Below, piece by piece: positions 35,884 through 44,893 of a stretch of 55,228 bases of DNA. Every line of letters starts with the position of its first letter. The stretch's first letter is position 1. The position numbers and the translations under genes are program-made. The notes beneath the pieces are model-generated. The model made no database searches. It saw nothing but the letters and a program-made list of their open reading frames with translations, and was not told the origin of the DNA. The stretch comes from Gaiellaceae bacterium (GTDB lineage: Bacteria > Actinomycetota > Thermoleophilia > Gaiellales > Gaiellaceae). The DNA lies in NCBI GenBank assembly GCA_039583515.1, contig JAVKST010000001.1, forward strand, positions 1 through 55,228, in the 5' to 3' direction.

Positions 35884-36248
35884 TCCGCCGCGAACGGCGA
35901 CGAGGACGCGATCCGGGCCGTCGAGACCGCAGCCTTCGGCCGCGAGCCGGAGGCGCGAATGGTCGACGAGGTGCGCGCGAGCGAGGCCTTCATCCCCGAG
36001 TTATCGCTCGTCTGGGAAGAGGACGGAGCCGTCCTGGGGCTGTCCTCGTCAGCCGCGGGCACGTCGAGCCCGGGCGCTAGTTGGGAGCTCCGGCCTACTA
36101 CGAGCGCTTCGGCTTCGTCCACGCCGAGCCGCTAGGGCTGCTGCCGCCGGCCGGCTGGCCCTCACGGCCGTTCCAGGTGGCGATCCTCAACCCGGATGCG
36201 CAGCTGCCGCAGGGTCGCGTCGTCTATTCGGAGCCGTTCAGGCAGTGA
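35880..36248 (+). pseudogene. GNAT-family N-acetyltransferase remnant (frameshifts, in-frame stop, internal deletion)
   Basis: GTGA overlap with the recJ stop. The pieces lie in different frames: VIRR / NGDEDAIRAVETAAFGREPEARMVDEVRASEAFIPELSLVWEEDGAVLG / VLVSRGHVEPGR*LGAPAYYERFGFVHAEPLGLLPPAGWPSRPFQVAILNP...EPFRQ*. The acetyl-CoA-binding core between HVEPG and LGAPAYY is missing. Confidence 0.7.
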
Positions 36249-36380
36249 GCGAGCGCGAGCGCGAGCCGCAGGGCGGCGCGATAGCGGCGGTATGCGGCCA
36301 TCGAACCCGTCACTTCGTTGCTGTAACGGCCGTTCCTCCCGCAGAGGTTCGCCGCCGGAGGGCGGGAGTACACTGGGAAA

Positions 36381-38594
36381 ATGGCGACGCTCGAGACAGG
36401 GGAGAAGCACGAGGAACTGCTCGAGGGTCTGCTCGCCAGCGTCGTCGCCTACGACGCCGACGCCGACCTCGACCTCGTCACCCGCGCCTTCCGCTTCGCC
36501 TCTGCCGCCCACGAGGGGCAGCAACGCCGCTCGGGCGAGCCGTTCATCACCCATCCGGTCGGCGTCGCGAGGATCTGCGCGGAGCTGCGCCTCGACGAGC
36601 CGACGATCGCAGCCGCGCTTCTCCACGACGTCGTCGAGGACACGAGCGCCGAGCTCGACACGCTGCGCGAGGAGTTCGGCGACGAGGTCGCCCACCTCGT
36701 CGACGGCGTCACCAAGCTGACCCGGGTCCAGTTCCAAAGCCGCGAACAGGCGGAGGCCGAGAACTACCGGAAGATGGTCGTGGCGATGGCGGAGGACGTC
36801 CGCGTCATCCTCGTCAAGCTCGCCGACCGCCTCCACAACCTCCGCACGATCGAGTACCTCGGCAAGCAGAAGCAGATCCAGAAGTCGAAGGAGGCGCTCG
36901 AGGTCTACGCGCCGCTCGCGCACCGCCTCGGCATCCACGCGCTCAAATGGGAGCTCGAGGACCTCGCCTTCCAGACGCTCCACCCCCGCAAGTACACGGA
37001 GATCAAGACGATGGTGGCCGAGCGCCGCGCCGACCGCGAGCGGCACGTGAACGAGGCGGCCGAGGTGCTGCTGCACGAGCTGGAGAAGGTCGACATCCCC
37101 GTCGACATCGCCGGGCGCGCGAAGCACTTCTACTCGATCTACGACAAGATGACGAAGAAGGGCCGCGAGTTCAACGAGATCTACGACCTCACGGCCATGC
37201 GCGTCATCGTCGAGCGGGACGCCGAGGAGGGGACGCGCGACTGCTACGGCGCCCTCGGTCTCATCCACTCGCTCTGGAAGCCGATGCCCGGCCGCTTCAA
37301 GGACTACATCGCGATGCCCAAGTTCAACGCGTACCGGTCCCTCCACACGACCGTGATCGGGCCGGAGGGCCGGCCGCTCGAGATCCAGGTGCGAACGCGC
37401 GAGATGCACGAGACCGCCGACCTCGGCGTCGCGGCGCACTGGGCGTACAAGCGCGGCGGCGACCGCTCGAAGGGCGCGGACGAGGAGTGGAGCGCCTGGG
37501 TTCGCTCGCTGATGGACATCCACGCCGACGAGACGGACGCGCGCGAGTTCGTCAAGAGCTTCCGCACCGATCTGTTCGACGAGGAGGTCTTCGTCTTCAC
37601 GCCGAAGGGCGAGGTCAAGACGCTGCCGGCCGGCGCGACGCCGATCGACTTCGCCTACGCCGTCCACACCGACGTCGGCCACCGCACCGTCGGGGCGAAG
37701 GTGAACGGCCGGATCGTCCCGCTCCACTACCGGCTGCACAGCGGCGACCGCGTCGAGATCCTCATCGGCAAGTCGGCTTCCCGCGGCCCGTCGCGCGACT
37801 GGCTCGGGCTCGTCGCCTCGTCCCGCGCTCGGAACAAGATCCGCCAGTTCTTCTCGCGCGAGCAGAAGGAGGACCTGGAGGCGAAGGGCCGCGAGTCGCT
37901 GGAGAGATCGCTCAAGGCCCAGAACCTGCCGTACAAGAAGCTCGCGGGCTCTGCGGTGCTCGCCGGCGTGATCCGCGAGTCCGGCTACAAGAAGGCCGAG
38001 GACTTCTACCTCGCCCTGGGGTCCGGCAAGCTCACGGCCTCGAAGATCGTCGACAAGGTCCTGCAACAGCTGAAGGTCGACGAGGTCGCGGCCGAGGAGC
38101 CGGTCCAGCTCAAGAAGCCGCGCGCGCGCGAGGCGGCCGGCAGCGACAGCTACGGCATCAAGGTCGTCGGGGTCGAGGACGTCCTCGTCCGGCTCGCGAA
38201 GTGCTGCACACCGGTTCCGGGCGACCAGATCGTCGGCTACATCTCGCTCGGCAAGGGCATCACGATCCACCGCGAGGACTGCCCGAACGTCCGCGCGCTC
38301 CGCCGCAACCCCGAGCGGTTCACGCCGGTGGACTGGGAGGGAGACGGCTCGCAGAGCTTCCGCGTCCAGATCGCCGTCGACTCCTGGGACCGCCCGCGGC
38401 TGCTCGAGGACGTCGCCCGCACGTTCGCCGAGCACGGCGCGAACATCGTCTCCTACGGCGGCACCGTCGAGGACCAGATGGCGCGCAACTGGTACGTCGT
38501 CGAGGTCGGCGACGTGCAGGGGCTCCGCGCGCTGCTCGCGGCGCTACGGAACGTCGACGCCGTCTTCGACGCCTACCGCGTCACGCCGTCCTAG
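36381..38594 (+). CDS. rel: bifunctional (p)ppGpp synthetase/hydrolase (RelA/SpoT homologue)
   Basis: HD domain (HEGQQRRSGEPFITHPVGVA, LLHDVVEDT). Synthetase domain (GRAKHFYSIYDKM, DLTAMRVIV, YRSLHTTV). TGS (VFTPKGEVKTLPAGATPIDFAYAVHTDVG) and a C-terminal ACT-like domain. Confidence 0.97.
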   Translation: MATLETGEKHEELLEGLLASVVAYDADADLDLVTRAFRFASAAHEGQQRRSGEPFITHPVGVARICAELRLDEPTIAAALLHDVVEDTSAELDTLREEFGDEVAHLVDGVTKLTRVQFQSREQAEAENYRKMVVAMAEDVRVILVKLADRLHNLRTIEYLGKQKQIQKSKEALEVYAPLAHRLGIHALKWELEDLAFQTLHPRKYTEIKTMVAERRADRERHVNEAAEVLLHELEKVDIPVDIAGRAKHFYSIYDKMTKKGREFNEIYDLTAMRVIVERDAEEGTRDCYGALGLIHSLWKPMPGRFKDYIAMPKFNAYRSLHTTVIGPEGRPLEIQVRTREMHETADLGVAAHWAYKRGGDRSKGADEEWSAWVRSLMDIHADETDAREFVKSFRTDLFDEEVFVFTPKGEVKTLPAGATPIDFAYAVHTDVGHRTVGAKVNGRIVPLHYRLHSGDRVEILIGKSASRGPSRDWLGLVASSRARNKIRQFFSREQKEDLEAKGRESLERSLKAQNLPYKKLAGSAVLAGVIRESGYKKAEDFYLALGSGKLTASKIVDKVLQQLKVDEVAAEEPVQLKKPRAREAAGSDSYGIKVVGVEDVLVRLAKCCTPVPGDQIVGYISLGKGITIHREDCPNVRALRRNPERFTPVDWEGDGSQSFRVQIAVDSWDRPRLLEDVARTFAEHGANIVSYGGTVEDQMARNWYVVEVGDVQGLRALLAALRNVDAVFDAYRVTPS

Positions 38595-38603
38595 GCCGGC
38601 CGC

Positions 38604-38619
38604 TCCCTCGGCCGAGGGA
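38604..38619. terminator. perfect 16-bp palindrome between convergent rel and the GAF gene
   Basis: TCCCTCGGCCGAGGGA, 10 nt after the rel stop. A further inverted pair GAGCGGCG (38622-38629) / CGCCGCTC (38658-38665) follows. Confidence 0.35.
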
Positions 38620-38700
38620 TCGAGCGGCGCAGCGGCGGGGTACCTCCTTCGAGGGATCGCCGCTCAACCATGCGGCGCCGGTACCTCTTCCGGGGGATGT

Positions 38701-39054
38701 TCAGGACTCCCACGCCTCGCCGCCGACGTCCCAGCCGACGAGGCAGTGGCCGGAGATCAGGACGGCCACGCGCTCGAGGAACGGCGTGTCCGCGTCCGAC
38801 GCGCCGTCGAGCGCGAGCTCCGCGACCCGCGCCCCCTGCCAGAGCACCGGCACGGTGCGGCGGCGCCCCTCGTCCGCCTCGCCCGCCTCGGGGCCGAGGG
38901 CGAGCTCGCCGTCCTCGACGAAGAAGATGCCGGCCCACGCGTAGCCGCCGCGCTCGTGGAGGACGTGCACGACCTCACGCAGGACGTCGTCGGCGTCTCC
39001 GCCGCGGTTCAAGACGCGGTCGACGGCCTCGAGCGCCGCGCTACCGCTCGACAT
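38701..39054 (-). CDS. small GAF-domain protein
   Basis: 117 aa. The pattern YAWAGIFFVEDGELALGPEAG...VPVLWQGARVAELALDG...FLERVAVLIS resembles single-domain GAF proteins. Overlaps the upstream thioesterase by 14 nt. Confidence 0.5.
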   Translation of the reverse strand: MSSGSAALEAVDRVLNRGGDADDVLREVVHVLHERGGYAWAGIFFVEDGELALGPEAGEADEGRRRTVPVLWQGARVAELALDGASDADTPFLERVAVLISGHCLVGWDVGGEAWES

Positions 39055-39469
39055 CGTCGCCCTCGAACTCGAGCACCGCGTCTCCGAACGCCGCCGGCAC
39101 CGCCTGGCCGCGCCGCTGCGCGAGGTCGACGTAGACCAGCGTCTGGTGTGCGGTGACCATCAGCACGTCGTCGGCCACGCGGTAGGCGGCGAAGGCGAAC
39201 GTCACGCTCGTCCTGCCGAGGCGCGACACGCGTGTCCAGACCTCGATCTCGTCGTCGAAGACGGCCGGCGCGAAGTACTCGACGTCGTTTGCGCGCATCA
39301 CGAAGTCGCCGGCCTCTCCGCGCCGCTGCAGCAGCCCTAGCTTGCGCAGGTACTCGACGCGCGCCAGGTCGAAGTACGGGTTGTAGCGGCCGTAGTAGAC
39401 GATCCCCTGGGCGTCGGTGTCGGAGAAGCCGACCCGCGTCCGGGCCGAGAACTTGAACGGCGGCTTCAT
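39041..39469 (-). CDS. acyl-CoA thioesterase, 4HBT/YbgC hotdog family
   Basis: RVGFSDTDAQGIVYYGRYNPYFDLARVEYLR with the catalytic Asp region, and a hotdog-fold pattern. 142 aa. Confidence 0.8.
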   Translation of the reverse strand: MKPPFKFSARTRVGFSDTDAQGIVYYGRYNPYFDLARVEYLRKLGLLQRRGEAGDFVMRANDVEYFAPAVFDDEIEVWTRVSRLGRTSVTFAFAAYRVADDVLMVTAHQTLVYVDLAQRRGQAVPAAFGDAVLEFEGDDVER

Positions 39470-40821
39470 CCCCGGATGAGCGCGAGCACCTCGTCCCGCT
39501 TCCGCTCCATCAGCTCCTGCGACATCGCTTCGAGGTTCAACCGCAGCAGCGGCTCCGTATTCGACGGCCGCACGTTGAAGTGCCAGTCGTCGAAGTCGAC
39601 GGAGACCCCGTCGCGATGCGAGACCCGCCCGTCGGCGTAGCGCTCCTTCAGCTCCTGCAGCTTGAGTGGCACGTCCGCGACCGGCGTGTTGACCTCGCCG
39701 GTGAGGAAGTAGCGCCCGCGCAGCGGCGCCAGGATCTCCGACAGCTTGCGGCCCTTCTTCGAGATCAGCTCGAGCATGAGCAGGAAGGGGACGACGCCCG
39801 TGTCGGCCTGGCTGAAGTCGCGGAAGTAGTAGTGGCCGGAAACCTCCCCGGCGAAGGCCGCCTCCTCCTTTCGCATGCGCGCCTTGATGAACGCATGCCC
39901 GACGCGCTCGACGAGCGGGGTGCCGCCGAGCCGTTCGACCGTGTCGGCGACGGCGCGGCTGGCGCGCACGTCGTAGATGACCTTCGCGCCCGGCTCCTTC
40001 TCCAGCACGCTCTCGGCGAAGAGCGCCGTGACGAAGTCGCCGGGGACGAACTCGCCCGTGTCGTCGACGAAGAAGCAGCGGTCGGCGTCGCCGTCGAACG
40101 CGACGCCGAGGTCGGCCCTCTCCTCGAGCGTCTTGCGCACGATGAACTCGCGGTTCTCCGGCAGGAGCGGGTTCGGCTCGTGGTTGGGGAACGTGCCGTC
40201 CGGGTCGAAGTAGCAGCGGACGGCGTCGACCGGGAGCCGCTCCAGGACCGGCGGCAGCATCGCTCCCGCCATTCCGTTCGCGGCGTCGATCACGACCCGC
40301 AACGGCCCGATCGCGGCCGTGTCCACGAACGACATCACCCGGTCGACGTAGGCCGGCCAGATGTCGTGCGGCTGGACCGTCCCTTCGGGACGTGACCGGT
40401 AGCTGCTACCGGTCGTGTCCGCTTCGGCCAGGGCGCGGTCGCGAACCTCGAGCAGGCCGGACTCGCCGCCGACGGGCAGCGCGCCGCGGCGGACGATCTT
40501 CATGCCGGTGTACTCCTTCGGGTTGTGCGAGGCCGTGACCATCACGCCGCCCTCGAGCTCGAGCGAGCCGACGGCGAAGTAGAGCATCTCGGTCCCTACG
40601 AGCCCGAGGTCGAGCACGTCGGCGCCCGCCCCCGCCGCTCCGCGCACGAGCGCCTCCTGCATCGCCGGCGACGAGACGCGCATGTCGCGGCCGACCGCGA
40701 TCCGGCGCGGCTCGAACTCGTCGACGTAGGCGCGGCCGATCGCCTCCGCACCGGCCTCGTCGAGCTCGGACTGGTAGATGCCGCGGACGTCGTACGCCTT
40801 GAAGACCTTCGGGTCGAGCAC
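39466..40821 (-). CDS. phosphomannomutase/phosphoglucomutase
   Basis: FKAYDVRG, active-site TASHNP, metal loop FDGDADR, GEVSGHYYF, RPSNTEP. Confidence 0.92.
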   Translation of the reverse strand: MLDPKVFKAYDVRGIYQSELDEAGAEAIGRAYVDEFEPRRIAVGRDMRVSSPAMQEALVRGAAGAGADVLDLGLVGTEMLYFAVGSLELEGGVMVTASHNPKEYTGMKIVRRGALPVGGESGLLEVRDRALAEADTTGSSYRSRPEGTVQPHDIWPAYVDRVMSFVDTAAIGPLRVVIDAANGMAGAMLPPVLERLPVDAVRCYFDPDGTFPNHEPNPLLPENREFIVRKTLEERADLGVAFDGDADRCFFVDDTGEFVPGDFVTALFAESVLEKEPGAKVIYDVRASRAVADTVERLGGTPLVERVGHAFIKARMRKEEAAFAGEVSGHYYFRDFSQADTGVVPFLLMLELISKKGRKLSEILAPLRGRYFLTGEVNTPVADVPLKLQELKERYADGRVSHRDGVSVDFDDWHFNVRPSNTEPLLRLNLEAMSQELMERKRDEVLALIRG

Positions 40822-40865
40822 GGGCGCGATCGTAACCGGGCGGCGCCTGAAACTACGATTGCGAG

Positions 40866-43802
40866 ATGGTGGAGCGGAAGCTCGCGACCGTCCTCTTCGT
40901 CGACCTCGTCGACTCGACAGGCCTGCTGACGGACGCCGACCCCGAGGTCGTGCGGCGGCGGGTGGGACGCTTCTTCGACCAGGTCTCGCACTGCATCGTC
41001 ACGCACGGCGGCACGGTCGAGAAGTTCGCGGGCGACGCGGTGATGGCAGCCTTCGGCGTGCCCCTCCAGCACGAGGACGACGCCGAGCGCGCCGTCCGTG
41101 CGGCGCTCGCGACACTCGACCGCGTGCACGAGCTCGGTCTCGAGGCGCGGATCGGCATCGAGTCGGGCGAGGTCGTCGCAGACGAATCCGACTCGACGTT
41201 CGCGACCGGCGAGGCGGTGAACCTCGCGGCGCGCCTCGAGCAGCGGGCCGGCCCGAACGAGATCCTCGTCGGCCCCACGACCGCGCGCCTCGTCCGCGAC
41301 CTCGTCGACCTCGAGCCGCTCGAGCCGCTCGAGGTGCGCGGCTGGCGGGAGCCGCTGGACGTGAGCCGGGTCCTCCGCGTGCGCGACCCGGGCCGGCCGC
41401 TCCGGCACCTCTCGGCGCCCCTCGTCGGGCGCGACTCCGAGCTCGAGCTGCTCGACAACGCGTTCGCGCGCACGGTGCGCGACCGCCGCGCGACGCTCGT
41501 CACGCTCTACGGCGAGCCCGGCGTCGGCAAGAGCCGCCTGGCCCGCGAGTTCGTGGAGGCGATCGAGGGCGCCACGGTGCTCAAGGGGCGCTGCCTGCCG
41601 TACGGCGAGGGCGTCACGTACTGGCCGATCGCAGAGATGGTGAAGGCCTCGGCGGGGATCTCGGACGACGACCCGCTCGACCGCGCGTTCGAGAAGCTCC
41701 GCGACACGTGCGAGGACGAGGCCGTCGCCGACCTGCTCGGTCTCGCCGCCGGTGTGCTGGAGGCGGTCGAGGGGGAGCGGAGCCAGCAGGAGATCGCCTG
41801 GGCCGTCCGCTCGTGGGCCGAGCAGCTGGCCGATGCGCAGCCGCTCGTCCTCGTATTCGAGGACGTCCACTGGGGCGAGGAGCCGCTGCTCGAGCTGGTC
41901 GAGCACCTGGCCGGCTTCGTCAGGACGGCGCCGCTCCTGCTCGTTTGCCTCGCGCGGCCCGAGCTGCTCGACGTCCGCCCCGGCTGGGGCGGCGGGCGCG
42001 TCCGCGCGGTCACGCTCGAGCTGGAGGCGCTGCCCGACGAGGAGAGCGGTCAGCTGGTGGCGGCGCTGGCGGACGAGGTCGGAGTCTCCGTCGACGCGGC
42101 GGCGGTGCTGGCGAAGGCGGAGGGGAACCCACTCTTCGTCGAGGAGACGATCCGCGCGCTGGCCGAGCGCCCGGACGCCCGGCAGGACCGCATCCCCGAC
42201 ACGGTGCAGGCGCTGATCGCGGCGCGCATCGACCGGCTCGCGCCGGAGCAGCGCCGCCTTTTGCAGCGCGCGTCGATCATGGGGCGCGTGTTCGTCCGCG
42301 GCGCGCTCGCACACCTCTCGACGGACGTCGAGGACGTGGACGCCGCGCTCGAGGAGCTCCTGCTGCGCGACTTCGTGCTGCCCGAGGAGCGGTCGAGCAT
42401 CAGCGGCGAGCAGGCGTACAAGTTCAAGCACGTGCTGATCCGGGAGGTCGCGTACGGCGGGCTGTCGAAGGGCTCGCGGGCCGACCTCCACCTGCTCTTC
42501 GCGGACTGGCTCGGCCGGCGCGCCGGCGAGGAGCTCGTCGAGATCCGCGCCTTCCACCTCGACCAGGCCGCCCGGCTGCTCGCCGAGCTCGACGGCGCCG
42601 CTCCGGCAGAGCTCGCGGAAGAGGCGGCGGGGGCACTCGAGCGGGCCGGCCGTAGAGCGCTGTCGCGCGAGTCGTTCCGCAGCGCGCGCAAGCTCCTCGT
42701 CCGGGCGGTCGAGCTCGCGCCGACGCTCGAGCGCCGCTACTTCGCGGCCCGTGCTGCGTGGCGGCTCGGGGACATGCCCGCGGTGATCGTCGAGATGGAG
42801 GTCGTCGCCTCGACGGCCGAGCGGGAGGGCGAGCACCGGCTGCAGGGCCGCGCGCTCACGGCGCTGGCGGAGGCCGTCCTCAACCAGCGCGCCGACGCGC
42901 CGGCTGCGGGCGAGCTCGCCGAGCGGGCCGTCGAGGTGCTGGCGGACGACGAGCCGGAGGTCCGCTTCGAGGCGTTCCGCGCCGCCGCCGGCGTCGCGTC
43001 GTGGTTGAGCGACGACGCCGCCTTCGAGCGCTGGGCGAAGCTCGCGCTCGAGGCTGCTCGCCTTGCGAACCGGAAGGACCAGGAGATCCAGATCACGATG
43101 GCGCTCGCCGAGAGCTACACCCACCGCCTCGACCTCGCCGACGCCGAGCCGCTCGTCGACCGCGTCGCCGAGCTCGCCCACGAGAGCGGCAGCATCGTCG
43201 GCCGCGCGCTCGCCGCGATGGCACGCGGCGGGCTCGAGAACTGGCGTGGGAACGACGCCGAGGCGGAGGCGGCCTATGTCGTCGCGCGCGACCTCTACCG
43301 CGAGATCGGGAACACCCAGTCGGAGGCGTACTCGACGCTGATGATCGGTCGCCTCGCGGCCGCCCAGGGAGGCATCGCGCGGGCCGAGAACGTGCTCCTC
43401 GACGCGGTGCGGATGATGAAGGGGATCAACGACCGCGCCCACCTCGCCGAGGCGCAGCGCTCGCTTGCCGACCTCTACGTCGACCTCGGCCGCCTCGAGG
43501 AGGCCGAGCGCTACGCCCTCGAGGCGCGAGAGTCGGTCGGCCCGGAAGACCGCGTCTCGACCTCGACGACGAAGCTCTCGCTCGCGCTCGTTCGCGCCGC
43601 GCAGGGCCGCGACGCCGAGGCGGACGAGCTCATGGGCGACGCGGTGGAGGATCTGCGTCTCTTCGGTCTCCGCGCGGTGGAGCGCTGGGCGCTCCGGCGC
43701 GTCATCGAGTTCCACCGCTCGCGCGCACGCGACGAAGACGTCGCCCGCTACGAGGCGCGGCTCGCGGAGCTCGCGCCGAGCAGCACCGTGCCGATCGCCT
43801 GA
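40866..43802 (+). CDS. class III adenylate/guanylate cyclase fused to a STAND-type P-loop NTPase and TPR-like repeats (978 aa)
   Basis: Cyclase motifs ATVLFVDLVDSTG, VEKFAGDAVMAAFG, RIGIESGEVV and GEAVNLAARLE. Walker A GEPGVGKSRL and Walker B LVLVFEDVHW. Long helical repeat C-terminus with no HTH recognised. Confidence 0.85.
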   Translation: MVERKLATVLFVDLVDSTGLLTDADPEVVRRRVGRFFDQVSHCIVTHGGTVEKFAGDAVMAAFGVPLQHEDDAERAVRAALATLDRVHELGLEARIGIESGEVVADESDSTFATGEAVNLAARLEQRAGPNEILVGPTTARLVRDLVDLEPLEPLEVRGWREPLDVSRVLRVRDPGRPLRHLSAPLVGRDSELELLDNAFARTVRDRRATLVTLYGEPGVGKSRLAREFVEAIEGATVLKGRCLPYGEGVTYWPIAEMVKASAGISDDDPLDRAFEKLRDTCEDEAVADLLGLAAGVLEAVEGERSQQEIAWAVRSWAEQLADAQPLVLVFEDVHWGEEPLLELVEHLAGFVRTAPLLLVCLARPELLDVRPGWGGGRVRAVTLELEALPDEESGQLVAALADEVGVSVDAAAVLAKAEGNPLFVEETIRALAERPDARQDRIPDTVQALIAARIDRLAPEQRRLLQRASIMGRVFVRGALAHLSTDVEDVDAALEELLLRDFVLPEERSSISGEQAYKFKHVLIREVAYGGLSKGSRADLHLLFADWLGRRAGEELVEIRAFHLDQAARLLAELDGAAPAELAEEAAGALERAGRRALSRESFRSARKLLVRAVELAPTLERRYFAARAAWRLGDMPAVIVEMEVVASTAEREGEHRLQGRALTALAEAVLNQRADAPAAGELAERAVEVLADDEPEVRFEAFRAAAGVASWLSDDAAFERWAKLALEAARLANRKDQEIQITMALAESYTHRLDLADAEPLVDRVAELAHESGSIVGRALAAMARGGLENWRGNDAEAEAAYVVARDLYREIGNTQSEAYSTLMIGRLAAAQGGIARAENVLLDAVRMMKGINDRAHLAEAQRSLADLYVDLGRLEEAERYALEARESVGPEDRVSTSTTKLSLALVRAAQGRDAEADELMGDAVEDLRLFGLRAVERWALRRVIEFHRSRARDEDVARYEARLAELAPSSTVPIA

Positions 43803-44584
43803 GTCGACGCGGCGTCCGGCGCCTCGCTGATCACGGTCGCGGGGCGTTCGAACCGCTCGAGCGCCTCGCGCAGCGGCTCCGCGCGCAGCGTGCCCTCGCC
43901 GTACGGCAGGTGCTTCGTCTCGTTCCGGTTCGCGTAGGCGATGTCGCTGAAGTGGATGTGGAACGGCGCCCCCGGGTCGAGGATCGCGTCGGCGGCGGCG
44001 AGCGGCGCGGCGAACGCGTCGGCGTCGAGGAACGCGCCGTCGCTCGTCGCATGCATGTGCGCGAAGTCGAGCACGGGACGCACGAAGTCGACCTGCGCGC
44101 CGATCGCGAGCACGTCCTCCACCGTCCCGAGCTCGCGCACGCGGCCCATCACCTCGACACCGAACGGGACGAGCCGGTCCTTCGCCTCGAGCCGCGCGCG
44201 CAGGTCGCCGAGCTGGTCGACGACGTCCGCGATCGCACGCTCCCGCTCTCGCCCGAGCAGGAAACCCGGATGGAAGACGACCAGCCTCGCTCCGCACGCC
44301 TTCGCGAGCCCGGCGGTGTGGTCGAGCATCCCGAGCGCCATCGAGAACTTCTTGCCGCGCTCCGCGTGCCCCATGAACGCGGCCAGCGGCGCGTGGACGG
44401 AGAGCGCGACGTCGGCCGCCTCGGCCGCCGCGCCGAGCGCGGGCGCGGTCTCGTAGTCGAGCCAGAAGCCGCCGGCGAAGCCGAACTCGCAGGCCGGGTA
44501 GCCGGCGGACGCGAGGAGCGCGAATGCCTCCTCGAAGGACGCTGCGTCGGGAAGACCGGCGGGGCCGAAGCGGATCTCTCCCAC
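43748..44584 (-). CDS. xylose isomerase-like TIM-barrel protein (sugar phosphate isomerase/epimerase or AP endonuclease 2 family)
   Basis: 278 aa. Pattern SVHAP, VVFHPG, GVEVMG, DFAH and the overall TIM-barrel periodicity. The 3' end overlaps the convergent cyclase gene by 55 nt. Confidence 0.6.
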   Translation of the reverse strand: MGEIRFGPAGLPDAASFEEAFALLASAGYPACEFGFAGGFWLDYETAPALGAAAEAADVALSVHAPLAAFMGHAERGKKFSMALGMLDHTAGLAKACGARLVVFHPGFLLGRERERAIADVVDQLGDLRARLEAKDRLVPFGVEVMGRVRELGTVEDVLAIGAQVDFVRPVLDFAHMHATSDGAFLDADAFAAPLAAADAILDPGAPFHIHFSDIAYANRNETKHLPYGEGTLRAEPLREALERFERPATVISEAPDAASTQAIGTVLLGASSASRAS

Positions 44585-44628
44585 CGGCTCAGCCTATGCC
44601 GTCCGACCCCGCTTCTACGTTGTCGGGC

Positions 44629-44871
44629 ATGGCCAAGCGACCTTCGCGGATCGACCTCCTGGAGCTCGACATCGACCTCCGGCTCGCCGACCTCTGGCGC
44701 GAGGCGGGCGACATCTCCGACTGGAACCTCGACGTCGTCGCGGCCTTCATCCGGGCCGCCTACGGCAAGGGGTACTGCGACGCGCTCACCGAGGACTCGC
44801 CGGGGTCGCTCTGCAACGACCACGGCTACCGGATTCCCGCGCGCAACGCCGCACCTGCCTCAGAGCGCTAG
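44629..44871 (+). CDS. hypothetical protein (80 aa)
   Basis: ATG 44629 and very high GC3 across the ORF (MAKRPSRIDLLELDIDLRLADLWREAGDISDWNLD...). No family recognised. Confidence 0.5.
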   Translation: MAKRPSRIDLLELDIDLRLADLWREAGDISDWNLDVVAAFIRAAYGKGYCDALTEDSPGSLCNDHGYRIPARNAAPASER

Positions 44872-44893
44872 CAGAGCGGGCTAACATCCCGGC

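Noticed and set aside
36240-36275. Short GCGAGC hexamer reiteration (gtgagcgagcgcgagcgcgagccgc) upstream of rel.
   Set aside because: Only about 3 imperfect copies in a GC-rich context. This is too short to call a repeat element or a regulatory site.
36340-36380. Possible leaderless-type promoter for rel (TACACT 6 nt upstream of ATG 36381).
   Set aside because: The -10-like hexamer is plausible, but no acceptable -35 lies at 16-18 nt spacing. The evidence is insufficient to annotate it.
43748-43802. 55-nt convergent overlap between the cyclase-STAND gene and the TIM-barrel gene, and the similar 69-nt overlap at 32648-32716.
   Set aside because: The overlapping tails have lower GC3 and non-conserved sequence. 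They are most likely unconstrained C-terminal extensions permitted by the scarcity of stop codons, and not functional antisense arrangements.
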